From positions 18,131-82,130 of the forward strand of contig JAEDIE010000001.1 of assembly GCA_016296775.1 (NCBI GenBank): a stretch of 64,000 nucleotides of DNA, read 5' to 3'. A model generated the notes under the pieces. The model was not told the origin of the DNA. It did no database searches and worked only from the letters and a program-made list of their open reading frames with translations. The position numbers and the translations under genes are program-made. The stretch's first letter is position 1, and each line of letters opens with the position of its first letter. Of this stretch, positions 9,580 to 18,178 are shown piece by piece. This stretch comes from Bacilli bacterium (GTDB lineage: Bacteria; Bacillota_I; Bacilli_A; RFN20; CAG-826).

Positions 9580-10911
9580 ATGGATATTTATTTATATAAT
9601 TCATTGACAAATAAAATTGAAAAGTTTGTTCCACTTAAAGAAAACGAGTTAAAAATATATGTTTGTGGACCTACTGTTTATAATGATCCACATATTGGAA
9701 ACATGAGACCAGTAGTATTTTTTGATACATTAAATAGATTTTTTAGTTATGTTGGATATGATGTTAAATTTGTTTCAAATTATACCGATGTTGATGACAA
9801 GATTATTAATAAAGCTCTTCAAGAAGGAGTTGATGAAAAAGTTATTAGTGAAAGATATATTGCTAGATATAAAGATTGTTTAGATAAATTGAATGTGCGT
9901 AGAGCTTATCAAAATCCTCGTGTAACCGAATATATGGATAAAATTGTCTCATATATTGATGGATTAGTTGCAAAAAACAATGCTTATGTTGTAGATAATG
10001 AAGTTTTCTTTGATGTAAAAAGTGTCAAAGATTATGGATGTTTATCTAATACTAAATTAGACGAATTAAAAGCTGGAGCTAGAATTGAATCTAACGACAA
10101 AAAGAAATGTCCATTTGATTTTCTTTTATGGAAAAAAACTGATGTTGGCGTTAAATGGGATACTAAATGGTGTTTAGGTAGACCTGGCTGGCACACTGAA
10201 TGTTGTGTTATGATTGATTCAATTTTCAATGGAATGATTGATATTCATGGAGGAGGAAGTGATTTAAAATTCCCTCATCATGAAAACGAAATAGCTCAAG
10301 CTATGGCAATGCATAATAATCATATTGCAAATTACTGGTTACATAATGCAATGATGAATATTAATGGAGATAAGATGTCTAAATCTCTTGGTAATGTTAT
10401 TTTAGCTAAGGATGCAATTGAACTTTATGGAGCTGATACTTTAAGACTTTTCTTAATTAATGCTCCATATAGAAGTATTATTAATTTAACTGATAAAGCT
10501 ATTCAAGATACAAAATCTATCTTAAACAAGGTAGATAATTGCTATAAACAATTAAATTTAGTATTAAATATGAATGATAAATATGCATATGTTAAATCTA
10601 AATTCATGGATAAATTTTTAGAATATCTTTCAAATGATATGAATATTGCAAACGGTGTTACTTACTTATTAGATATTATTAAAGCTAGTAATCAAAGCTT
10701 AAGAGCAAAAGAATTAGACTATGATTTATTGAATGAATATTTCTCGACAATTAATGATATTTGTTCAATTTTAGGTCTTCATTATAGTGTTAAAAGATTT
10801 TCTAAAGAAGAAAAAACAATGTATAATGAGTATATAGAAGCAAAATCTAATAAAGATTTTGAAAAGAGCGATATATTAAGAAAACAATTAATTGAACTTA
10901 ATATTATTTAA
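9580..10911 (+). CDS. cysS: Cysteine--tRNA ligase
   Basis: HIGN and KMSKS motifs. Zn-binding cysteines. 443 aa. Confidence 0.9.
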   Translation: MDIYLYNSLTNKIEKFVPLKENELKIYVCGPTVYNDPHIGNMRPVVFFDTLNRFFSYVGYDVKFVSNYTDVDDKIINKALQEGVDEKVISERYIARYKDCLDKLNVRRAYQNPRVTEYMDKIVSYIDGLVAKNNAYVVDNEVFFDVKSVKDYGCLSNTKLDELKAGARIESNDKKKCPFDFLLWKKTDVGVKWDTKWCLGRPGWHTECCVMIDSIFNGMIDIHGGGSDLKFPHHENEIAQAMAMHNNHIANYWLHNAMMNINGDKMSKSLGNVILAKDAIELYGADTLRLFLINAPYRSIINLTDKAIQDTKSILNKVDNCYKQLNLVLNMNDKYAYVKSKFMDKFLEYLSNDMNIANGVTYLLDIIKASNQSLRAKELDYDLLNEYFSTINDICSILGLHYSVKRFSKEEKTMYNEYIEAKSNKDFEKSDILRKQLIELNII

Positions 10912-10926
10912 AGAAGGAGCTTGTTT

Positions 10927-11691
10927 ATGAATTTTTTAAATACTTTAACAGAAGCAACTGGCACAAGTGATATTTCATGGACGAATACCATCGACGGATT
11001 TATTGTTGAATGGTTTAATAAGTTAGGAATATTTGGTAATTTTGCTTTAATTGTCTTGTCTTTATTACTTGCCACTTTATTTGGCGGAATTATTGGATAT
11101 CAAAGAGAAATTAATGGACATGCTGCTGGATTTAGAACACATATTCTTATTGCTTTAGGTTCAAGTGTTATTATGATTCTTTCAATTTATGGAATATCTA
11201 TCGGAGGAACAAGAGATCCTATGAGATTTGCTGCAGCTGGTGTTACTGGAATTGGTTTCCTTGGTGCGGGAAGTATTATTCAAAACGGATTTAATATTAA
11301 AGGTTTAACTACAGCCGCTTCCATTTGGGTAACAATGGCAATTGGTATGGCTTGTGGAGCAGGTTATTTTGTTCTTGCTATTATTGCAACTGGAATTACA
11401 ATGCTTTGTTTAAGTTCATTTGAAAAATTTGAAAAGAGAGTTTCAAAGAAAAATTCAAATATTATGGTTGTTGTTCGTTCAGATACACCTGTATTATCAA
11501 CAATTATGGAAGTAAGTGAAAAGATGTCTATTACTGTTAAAGATCTTTCTTCTTCAATCGTCAATCAAAATGGTGTCTCTTATTTAAGAATCGTATTTAG
11601 AGTTGCTTGTTTAGACTCGAATAAAGTTCAACAATTTGTAAGTGAAATTGGCGATGAACTTAAACCTTTACAAATTAAAATTTTGCATTAA
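10927..11691 (+). CDS. MgtC/SapB-family membrane protein
   Basis: MgtC signature GGIIGYQRE...GFRTHILI. Start moved to the ATG 9 nt downstream of RBS aaggag. Confidence 0.75.
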   Translation: MNFLNTLTEATGTSDISWTNTIDGFIVEWFNKLGIFGNFALIVLSLLLATLFGGIIGYQREINGHAAGFRTHILIALGSSVIMILSIYGISIGGTRDPMRFAAAGVTGIGFLGAGSIIQNGFNIKGLTTAASIWVTMAIGMACGAGYFVLAIIATGITMLCLSSFEKFEKRVSKKNSNIMVVVRSDTPVLSTIMEVSEKMSITVKDLSSSIVNQNGVSYLRIVFRVACLDSNKVQQFVSEIGDELKPLQIKILH

Positions 11692-11792
11692 TTTTATATA
11701 TTTTTTCTAGATATATAAATATCTAGTAAAAATAATAAATAAACAGTTTTTAAAAATTTAACGTTAATTATTTAAATATTTTTGAGGTGAAT

Positions 11793-12500
11793 ATGGATAT
11801 TATATTTGGTACTAACACTATTATGAGTTCTTTAAAACTAGGGAGTGTTAAAAAACTATATTTGGTAAATGGCTATAATAATGAAAAAGTATTATCTTTA
11901 GCCAAGAAAAATAACGTAAATATAGTTTATGTTCAAAAAAGCGAACTTGATAAGATGACTCATGGTGGAGTGCACCAAAATGTAGTTGGAGTTGTTAAAA
12001 ACAAGGAATTACTTTCTTTTTCTAGTTTATTAAAAAGATTAGAAGGTATTAAGAATCCTCTTCTTGTAATGCTTGATGAATTAAGTGACCCTCATAACTT
12101 AGGCGCAATATTAAGAAGTGGTGATGCTTTTTCCATTAACGGAATTATTTTTAAAAGCAAAAATCAAGTCGCATTAACTGAAACTGTAGCTAAAGTTTCA
12201 ACAGGTGCGATTAATTTTATTGATTGTGTTCAAGTAGTAAATTTATCTCAAACAATAAAAGAATTGAAAAAACATGGTTTTTGGGTAATTGGTTTAGATG
12301 GAAATTCCTCATCTACATTAAAAGATATTCCAGGTGATGTTCCTCTTTGTGTTGTTGTTGGTAGTGAAGGATTTGGTATATCAAGGTTAGTAAAAGAAAA
12401 CTGCGATATGCTTGTAAAAATACCAATGACGGGTCATGTTGATTGTTTAAATGCTAGTGTAGCTTGTTCAATCGCTCTTTATCAAATTCGCAATCGCTAA
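11793..12500 (+). CDS. rlmB: 23S rRNA (guanosine-2'-O)-methyltransferase, SpoU/TrmH family (RlmB/YacO-like)
   Basis: SpoU motifs LDELSDPHNLGAILRS and VVGSEGFGIS. Conserved position after cysS. Confidence 0.8.
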   Translation: MDIIFGTNTIMSSLKLGSVKKLYLVNGYNNEKVLSLAKKNNVNIVYVQKSELDKMTHGGVHQNVVGVVKNKELLSFSSLLKRLEGIKNPLLVMLDELSDPHNLGAILRSGDAFSINGIIFKSKNQVALTETVAKVSTGAINFIDCVQVVNLSQTIKELKKHGFWVIGLDGNSSSTLKDIPGDVPLCVVVGSEGFGISRLVKENCDMLVKIPMTGHVDCLNASVACSIALYQIRNR

Positions 12501-12521
12501 TTTTTGATAAGGATCGATTAT

Positions 12522-13151
12522 ATGGATAATGATGAAATAGTACGTGTTTTTGTTGACTCAAAAAAAGGTGATATAAATTCTCAAAAGATAATTTTGTCTT
12601 TAATGAAAGAATATTGTCACCCATTAGTGTTAGTGTTTTATCCTAATGTTAAAAAGTTAGGAATAGATTATTCTGATTTAGAAGAATTAATATTGGAAGC
12701 GTTATTTAACATTTATAAAAATGTAGATAGTAAAGATATTTATGATTTTAAAAACCTTGCTAAATTTTATTATTTAAAAGCTGTTCAAAATGAGATCAGG
12801 TATCGAACAAGAAATAGTAGGAATGTATATTCAAACATGCTTTCTTTTGATAATCCTGAACAAAATGTTGAATTAATGTTAGCTAGAGAATCTAATTACA
12901 ATAGAGATGATTTACGTGATGTTGTTGGAGATGATGAAATATATAAAGACACAATTATAGAAAATAATGCTAAGTTAACTATTAAAGAAAGAGCAGTAAT
13001 AATTTTATTTTTAAATGACATAACTGTAAAAGAAATATCTCAAAAATATAAGTTAACTTATCAAACTGTATATAAACATATTCGTAATGCTTTAAAGAAA
13101 ATTAAAAGTTATATTGAAATTAAATATAAAGATGAATTTCATTTTCTTTAA
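12522..13151 (+). CDS. Sigma-70 family sigma factor, SigH-like by gene position and domain architecture
   Basis: C-terminal region-4 HTH TVKEISQKYKLTYQTVYKHIRNALKKIK. About 210 aa. The cysS-rlmB-sigma order mirrors Bacillus cysS-yacO-yacP-sigH. Start placed at the ATG after RBS aaggat. Confidence 0.55.
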   Translation: MDNDEIVRVFVDSKKGDINSQKIILSLMKEYCHPLVLVFYPNVKKLGIDYSDLEELILEALFNIYKNVDSKDIYDFKNLAKFYYLKAVQNEIRYRTRNSRNVYSNMLSFDNPEQNVELMLARESNYNRDDLRDVVGDDEIYKDTIIENNAKLTIKERAVIILFLNDITVKEISQKYKLTYQTVYKHIRNALKKIKSYIEIKYKDEFHFL

Positions 13152-13184
13152 ATTTAAGGTTTAAAAATTTAAATTTTTGGCGTC

Positions 13185-14174
13185 TTGTATTATATGAAGC
13201 ATTTATTTTTATCTTTATATTTATTGTTATCTATATTATTTAACCCTTTTAATGTTAAGAAGGTTAATGAATTTAATATTAGTTCTAATATTGAATTTGA
13301 TTGTTCAAGTATAGAGTTTGCTTTTGATTCAAGTTGTTATAAAGAATCAACATTTGAAGGAAAAATTAAAATTACTAGATTAAAAGAAAGTAAAGAAAAT
13401 TTTAATATAAATATTTCTATAATAAACGAAGGGTTTATTTATTCCTATTTAGATGATCCAACACTTAGTTATAGTCAATATATTAGCTTTTTAAATTATT
13501 ATTTCGATTTTAAAATTGATAAATCTTATTTAATTAATAACTTTAAAATTAGAATTGACTATAGTTATTTAGATAGTTATAAAACAATTTTTATTCCTTT
13601 TAGTAGTGACTATTTAAATATTGTGGATGAAGAAAAAGTAGATATCTATTATAAAGCTAAATTAGCAAATAACACTTTATACATTTATAAAAATACCATT
13701 GATTTAACGTATATTTCTTTATTTAAAGATCAAATTTATTATGATTTTCTAAAGTTTAAATTTTTAAAAATAAAGACTCAAGATGATACTTTGGTTTTAA
13801 ATAGTGTAGTACTTGGATTAGAAGATAATAGTTCAGTTTTTAAAGATGTTTCTACTTATTTATTTAGTTACGCTTTATTTCCTTTAAATTTTAAAAAAGA
13901 AGAAAATGAGTATTTTTGCTTCAATGAAAATCTCTTTTATTTAGATGAAACTTCTTTTTTATTAAAGAAAAATAGTAGTGAAAAAAATAATATTCTCACG
14001 AAAAACATTTATTTTCCTTCGAATAAATATGATGAATTTAAAGAATCATCAAGTTTTTTGATTTTAACATTTAATAATTATTTAACTATTAAATATAACT
14101 TTTTGTTAACTGTTGAAAACAATTTAAGAAGTAAGGAATTCTTTATTTTACAATCTAATGAGGCATTATTATGA
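13185..14174 (+). CDS. Hypothetical secreted protein (signal peptide), N/Y/F/K-rich, 329 aa
   Basis: Hydrophobic signal-like N-terminus MKHLFLSLYLLLSILF. Extremely AT-rich. The start could be TTG at 13185 or ATG at 13194. Confidence 0.5.
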   Translation: MYYMKHLFLSLYLLLSILFNPFNVKKVNEFNISSNIEFDCSSIEFAFDSSCYKESTFEGKIKITRLKESKENFNINISIINEGFIYSYLDDPTLSYSQYISFLNYYFDFKIDKSYLINNFKIRIDYSYLDSYKTIFIPFSSDYLNIVDEEKVDIYYKAKLANNTLYIYKNTIDLTYISLFKDQIYYDFLKFKFLKIKTQDDTLVLNSVVLGLEDNSSVFKDVSTYLFSYALFPLNFKKEENEYFCFNENLFYLDETSFLLKKNSSEKNNILTKNIYFPSNKYDEFKESSSFLILTFNNYLTIKYNFLLTVENNLRSKEFFILQSNEALL

Positions 14175-14563
14175 TTAAACTAATTTTAATTATTTCGTCT
14201 ATATTTACTTCATTATCGTTTTTAATAGATTGCTCATTAGTTAATTTAGAAAAGGAAAAAATAAGTAAAAAACTATATGATTTCCCATCTTATTTAGTGA
14301 ATGATTCAATTAGATATTACGAAGAAAAAGATGAGTTAAAACCTTATATTAAGCAAACAGTCTTTGAAGAGAATGTAACATCTTATTTTAATAGTTTATT
14401 GATTGATAAAGTAAAATATATTGAGTACAAATATTTTTACTATAATGATCAAAATATCGTTTTAGATACGAGTGAATATAAAACAAACGCTGAAATAACT
14501 ATAGATATTAATGTATCTACTTTTTATTCATTTAAATTTTATAAGGTTATAATGGTTTCTTAA
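14171..14563 (+). CDS. Hypothetical small exported/lipo-protein, 130 aa
   Basis: ATGA overlap with the upstream gene. Hydrophobic N-terminus ending in FLIDC. Confidence 0.5.
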   Translation: MIKLILIISSIFTSLSFLIDCSLVNLEKEKISKKLYDFPSYLVNDSIRYYEEKDELKPYIKQTVFEENVTSYFNSLLIDKVKYIEYKYFYYNDQNIVLDTSEYKTNAEITIDINVSTFYSFKFYKVIMVS

Positions 14564-14565
14564 TT

Positions 14566-15237
14566 ATGGTCAATTTATTCTTTTTAGCTATAACTTTATT
14601 TATTTATATTTTTCAGGTTGTAATATTAAAAAACTACATTATTTCCTTATCATTTCCTTTAATTTTAGGTATTTCTTTGATACTGATTAATGAGTTTATA
14701 AATTTTAGACTTAAAAATAATAAAAGTGAGAATTATAAGCTATATAACTATTTATTATTTGTTGCTAATAAGATAAAAAATAACGAGTTGAATTTGATAA
14801 GCTGTGAAGAAGAATTTAATAAAAGAGATATATTAAAAGAAAAAACAGATTTTAGAATTAACAATATAGATTACTTAAAATATTTAAATACAAAAATAAA
14901 TAATAAATATATAAATATGTTTATTAATGTTGTATCTAATAATAGTGAAATAGATATTTTGCTTTTTGATTTAGAAGCAGAGCTATTAAGGATAATTACT
15001 ATACATTCAAATTACTTTAAAAATTTAAAAGACGAAATTTTAAAGTCGTCTTTAGTTTTTATTCTTATTGAGTTCTTTTTCTTTATTTTTATTTTAATCT
15101 TAAACAATTTAAATTTAACAATATTTAATGAAAAATATATAGTTTTAGTAATTAATGTTCCTGTAATTTTGTTTATTTTATATTTATTTAGTTATTTGTT
15201 TAGAGGCAGCAAAAATGAAAAAGTTAAAATCAACTGA
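14566..15237 (+). CDS. Hypothetical membrane protein (TM segments at both ends), 223 aa
   Basis: Starts 2 nt after the upstream stop. N-terminal hydrophobic segments followed by a C-terminal LVFILIEFFFFIFILILNNL segment. Confidence 0.5.
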   Translation: MVNLFFLAITLFIYIFQVVILKNYIISLSFPLILGISLILINEFINFRLKNNKSENYKLYNYLLFVANKIKNNELNLISCEEEFNKRDILKEKTDFRINNIDYLKYLNTKINNKYINMFINVVSNNSEIDILLFDLEAELLRIITIHSNYFKNLKDEILKSSLVFILIEFFFFIFILILNNLNLTIFNEKYIVLVINVPVILFILYLFSYLFRGSKNEKVKIN

Positions 15238-15790
15238 TTACTTCTTAGTTTTTATATTTATTTTATTTGCTCTTTTATTTTCTTTAGCTTTATTTTTAAA
15301 AAAATACATTCTTATACTTATCGTAATAATGTACTTATTGCTTTTGTTATTAGGTATTAGACTTTTAGAAAAAAATAATGAAAAAGATCAAAATAACAAG
15401 GGAATAATAGGGAATTTTTATAATTATTATAGTCAATTAAGTAGTTTTTCTATCCAAGAAATTTCTAATTTAGAAATTAATAGAAGCGATACAGAGTTTC
15501 TATCTTTGCATCAAGAATTTATCTCATCTATTAAAGATTCCAATTCAATTTTTGGATATATTAAGTTTTTAAAATATTTAGATTGTAACGAAAAAGAAAT
15601 ACTTAAAAATATTTTCTTAATTAATCAAAAAGAGACTAAAAATAAAAAAGAGCTCATTTTAGAGAATAAAATTAAATTGTCTTTAAAAACTAAAGAAAAT
15701 AAAAAGCAATTAGGATTTACAATGGTTTTTATTGCACTTTTAGCAATACTTGTTATAACAATAGCTTTAGCAAAGGTGGTTATTGGATAA
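15215..15790 (+). CDS. Hypothetical membrane protein, 191 aa, with a C-terminal hydrophobic segment
   Basis: 23-nt overlap with the upstream gene. RBS gagg lies 9 nt upstream. C-terminus KKQLGFTMVFIALLAILVITIALAKVVIG. Confidence 0.5.
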   Translation: MKKLKSTDYFLVFIFILFALLFSLALFLKKYILILIVIMYLLLLLLGIRLLEKNNEKDQNNKGIIGNFYNYYSQLSSFSIQEISNLEINRSDTEFLSLHQEFISSIKDSNSIFGYIKFLKYLDCNEKEILKNIFLINQKETKNKKELILENKIKLSLKTKENKKQLGFTMVFIALLAILVITIALAKVVIG

Positions 15791-16128
15791 TGAAAAAAGA
15801 TTTTTTATGCATTATTTTTGTTTTTCTTTCTACTTATATAGGAACTTTTTATATAGATTTATATAGTTATTTTGTAAGCTATCAAAATTTATTAAGGATT
15901 GATAAAGAAGTTCAGTATTTATTTGAAAAACAAGGGTTTATTTCTAAACAATATAAAGAACAATTATATAGTGTAAATGTTGTTATATATTATGAAAAAG
16001 AAAGTTATTTTGATGGAGAAGTGGTGGAATACACCATTGAGCAGAATGCAAATTTAATTAATACATATTTATATAGCAATAACTTAAGTATTAGTGGATC
16101 TGCTGTAGTAGGAATTTTTATTGCTTAA
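15790..16128 (+). CDS. Hypothetical small membrane-anchored protein, 112 aa
   Basis: TAATG overlap with the upstream gene. RBS aggtgg. N-terminal TM segment. Confidence 0.5.
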   Translation: MKKDFLCIIFVFLSTYIGTFYIDLYSYFVSYQNLLRIDKEVQYLFEKQGFISKQYKEQLYSVNVVIYYEKESYFDGEVVEYTIEQNANLINTYLYSNNLSISGSAVVGIFIA

Positions 16129-16180
16129 TTTTTACTCAGGTTTATTATATAATTTAATTAGTTAATTAATGGAGAATACT

Positions 16181-16408
16181 ATGGCTAAAAGAGAAGAAAT
16201 TGAAAATTTAATTAGAACTAAATTAAATATTGAAAACTTAGACTATAATGCAACATTAACAACCTATGGTTTAGATTCACTTGATGTTGTTGAATTTGTT
16301 CTTGAAATTGAAGATACCTACGGTGTCACGTTCGAAAGTGAAGAAACAAAAGACTTAAAAACAGTCGGAAATTTGGTTGATTTAATCGAAAAGAAAATTT
16401 CTAAATAA
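16181..16408 (+). CDS. acpP: Acyl carrier protein (orphan copy)
   Basis: Phosphopantetheine attachment motif GLDSLDVVEFV. 76 aa. RBS ggag. Confidence 0.8.
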   Translation: MAKREEIENLIRTKLNIENLDYNATLTTYGLDSLDVVEFVLEIEDTYGVTFESEETKDLKTVGNLVDLIEKKISK

Positions 16409-16493
16409 AATATTACAAACTTCGTTAATTTTTTTAAAAAAAATGTTGAAATTAATTAGTGTTGTTTGTTATACTTATTAAGCGTTGATTAGT

Positions 16494-16568
16494 GCTGACT
16501 TAGCTCAATGGTAGAGCAATCGGCTGTTAACCGATCGGTTGTAGGTTCGAGTCCTATAGTCAGCGCCA
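16494..16568 (+). tRNA. tRNA-Asn (GTT)
   Basis: Acceptor stem gctgact/agtcagc. Anticodon loop ctGTTaa. T-loop ggttcgagtcc. CCA is encoded. Confidence 0.85.
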
Positions 16569-16579
16569 TCACTCAAATT

Positions 16580-16656
16580 GGCCTATTGGAGAAGTGGCTT
16601 AACTCACATGCCTTTCACGCATGCATTCATGGGTTCGAATCCCGTATAGGTCACCA
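16580..16656 (+). tRNA. tRNA-Glu (TTC)
   Basis: Closely resembles Bacillus tRNA-Glu: ggcctat...anticodon stem catgc/gcatg with loop cTTTCac...gggttcgaatccc...CCA. Confidence 0.8.
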
Positions 16657-16668
16657 TTTTGAAAGCAT

Positions 16669-16700
16669 AGGTTTGATACAGTAGTGTCAAACCTTTTTTG
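16669..16700 (+). terminator. Rho-independent terminator after the tRNA pair
   Basis: aggtttga..tcaaacct hairpin followed by TTTTTT. A second hairpin agaccaga..tctggtct at about 16741-16787 is also followed by a T-run. Confidence 0.6.
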
Positions 16701-16799
16701 TTTGGCAGAAAGGGTGATTTTCCTATCCGCCAGTTTTTTAAAGACCAGAAGTAGTGAATTATGTAACTATTATCTGGTCTTTTCTTTATTTTTGTATTT

Positions 16800-16849
16800 A
16801 ACTTTTTAACGATTATCTAACTTTTTAACGTTTTGACAACTTTTTAACG
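16800..16849 (+). repeat. Three direct copies of AACTTTTTAACG with an exact 19-bp period (16800, 16819, 16838), immediately upstream of an extended -10 promoter
   Basis: Read directly from the sequence. The spacers are 7 bp. TGgTATATG lies at 16867-16875. Confidence 0.7.
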
Positions 16850-16965
16850 ATTTATTTATTGATTGTTGGTATATGAATAATATGGTCAAAAGTATAGATT
16901 TTTTACATATTATGTGTTATAACAATTTCATAAAAACACAAAACATATTAGGAGGTGCAATATTA

Positions 16966-17892
16966 ATGAAAAAAATTATTAATTTATTTTCTATTTTTTT
17001 ATTAATTATTATTTCTTTTATGCTTTCTGGTTGCGATATTTTAAATGGTTTATTAGGTGACAATGGTTCAAGTAATAGAGAAGAAAACTTTAATAACGAA
17101 TTAGAATCATCTACAGGCAAATGGCTATTAGAAAATGATGAAGACACTTATTTTGTATTTGATGGAACTAAAGGAGTTATGACATACAGCTATGTTGAAA
17201 ATGGAGTTGACAAATATAATGGTACTTATAGAGTTGTTTCTAGAGAAATAGGAAAAGATGTTGCAACACCACTAACTTTTGTTTTCACAAGAAATGATAA
17301 AGCAAAAGAAGATTGGATTGGATGTTATGTCGAAGATTTTAATAGTGATTTTACTCAGTTTACAATTATGAGTGAAGAAGAAGATCTTGGAATGATTGAT
17401 GGTTCTATTCATACTTATATTTATCGAATTAGTGAATTACCTTATAAAATGGGAAGTTATATTTTAGAAGGTAATGATTACAAAGTAGAATCTGATAATT
17501 ATAAATACTCTAATAAATTCTGCATTCCAAGTGGTACTTATACGTTAGAAACTGGAGAAAGATTTACTTTCTTATATACTAAACCTGTAACGAATGAATT
17601 GTTCCAATATGTAAATGGTGAAATAATTATTGAAGGAACAATTACGATAGCGGAAGATAAAAAGACAATTTATCTTTACATTGAGAATGATCCTTATAAT
17701 AAAGTAACTGATGCTGATAAAGAGCGTTACGATACGACATTTGGTATTTATTATCCACCTGATTTCTATCTACGAGGTGATTTTAGCAATCCAAATAAAA
17801 TTGTAATTAATGATTTATATCATCACACAGAAAGTCCAAGTGAAATTGAAGATTCAACTTGGTTGTTTGGAACATATAATAAAATTAATTAA
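16966..17892 (+). CDS. Lipoprotein, hypothetical (308 aa)
   Basis: Lipobox FMLSGC after a hydrophobic h-region. RBS aggagg lies 9 nt upstream of the ATG at 16966. The ORF-track N-terminal extension lacks an RBS. Confidence 0.65.
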   Translation: MKKIINLFSIFLLIIISFMLSGCDILNGLLGDNGSSNREENFNNELESSTGKWLLENDEDTYFVFDGTKGVMTYSYVENGVDKYNGTYRVVSREIGKDVATPLTFVFTRNDKAKEDWIGCYVEDFNSDFTQFTIMSEEEDLGMIDGSIHTYIYRISELPYKMGSYILEGNDYKVESDNYKYSNKFCIPSGTYTLETGERFTFLYTKPVTNELFQYVNGEIIIEGTITIAEDKKTIYLYIENDPYNKVTDADKERYDTTFGIYYPPDFYLRGDFSNPNKIVINDLYHHTESPSEIEDSTWLFGTYNKIN

Positions 17893-17908
17893 TTGGCAAT
17901 AGGAATAA

Positions 17909-17997
17909 GGGTACAAAAACTACCTAAAAGGGTACGGACTTTTAATACAAGGGTACGGAAAAAATAAACCTTATAACGATTACTCATTAAAGGGTAC
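17909..17997 (+). repeat. Iteron-like array: 4 copies of (A)AGGGTAC(G/A)GA phased at 21, 21 and 41 bp, flanked by the 8-bp inverted repeats ACTACCTA / TAGGTAGT
   Basis: The copies sit at 17909, 17930, 17951 and 17992. The inverted-repeat arms lie at about 17918-17925 and 18013-18020. Confidence 0.6.
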
Positions 17998-18042
17998 GGA
18001 ATTGTATTAAAATAGGTAGTGTTTGCCAAAAAGGAGATTCTA

Positions 18043-18074
18043 GGATAATACGTTGTATTATCCTTTTATTTTAT
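18043..18074 (+). terminator. Hairpin plus T-run (9-bp perfect stem ggataatac/gtattatcc)
   Basis: Read from the sequence. Followed by ttttatttta. Confidence 0.5.
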
Positions 18075-18178
18075 GGATTCTCCGTTTTTTTCCGGGGTAT
18101 TTCCGGGTATTTGAAAAAATACCTCTTTTTTATTAGGAAAATTGAAAATACCCTGTGAAAAATAATCGTTTTTTGTAG

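Noticed and set aside
10032-10229. Antisense ORF within cysS
   Set aside because: Same reasoning; overlaps a conserved coding region.
11364-11564. Antisense ORF within the mgtC-family gene
   Set aside because: Embedded antisense with no signals.
15700-15790. Prepilin-like motif KKQLGFTMVF at the C-terminus of the fourth cluster protein
   Set aside because: The motif is not at an N-terminus, lacks the conserved Glu at +5, and no prepilin peptidase or assembly ATPase gene is adjacent. It is kept only as a weak resemblance.
16800-16849. Possible CRISPR array
   Set aside because: Only three 12-bp repeats with 7-bp spacers. This is far from CRISPR repeat and spacer dimensions, and there are no cas genes.
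16873-16965. N-terminal 31-codon extension of the lipoprotein ORF
   Set aside because: No RBS. A strong aggagg sits 9 nt before the internal ATG that begins a canonical lipoprotein signal peptide.
18090-18110. Tiny ORF MDSPFFSGVFPGI after aaggag at 18032
   Set aside because: Only 13 codons, and the apparent RBS is followed by a terminator hairpin. More likely structural DNA than a gene.
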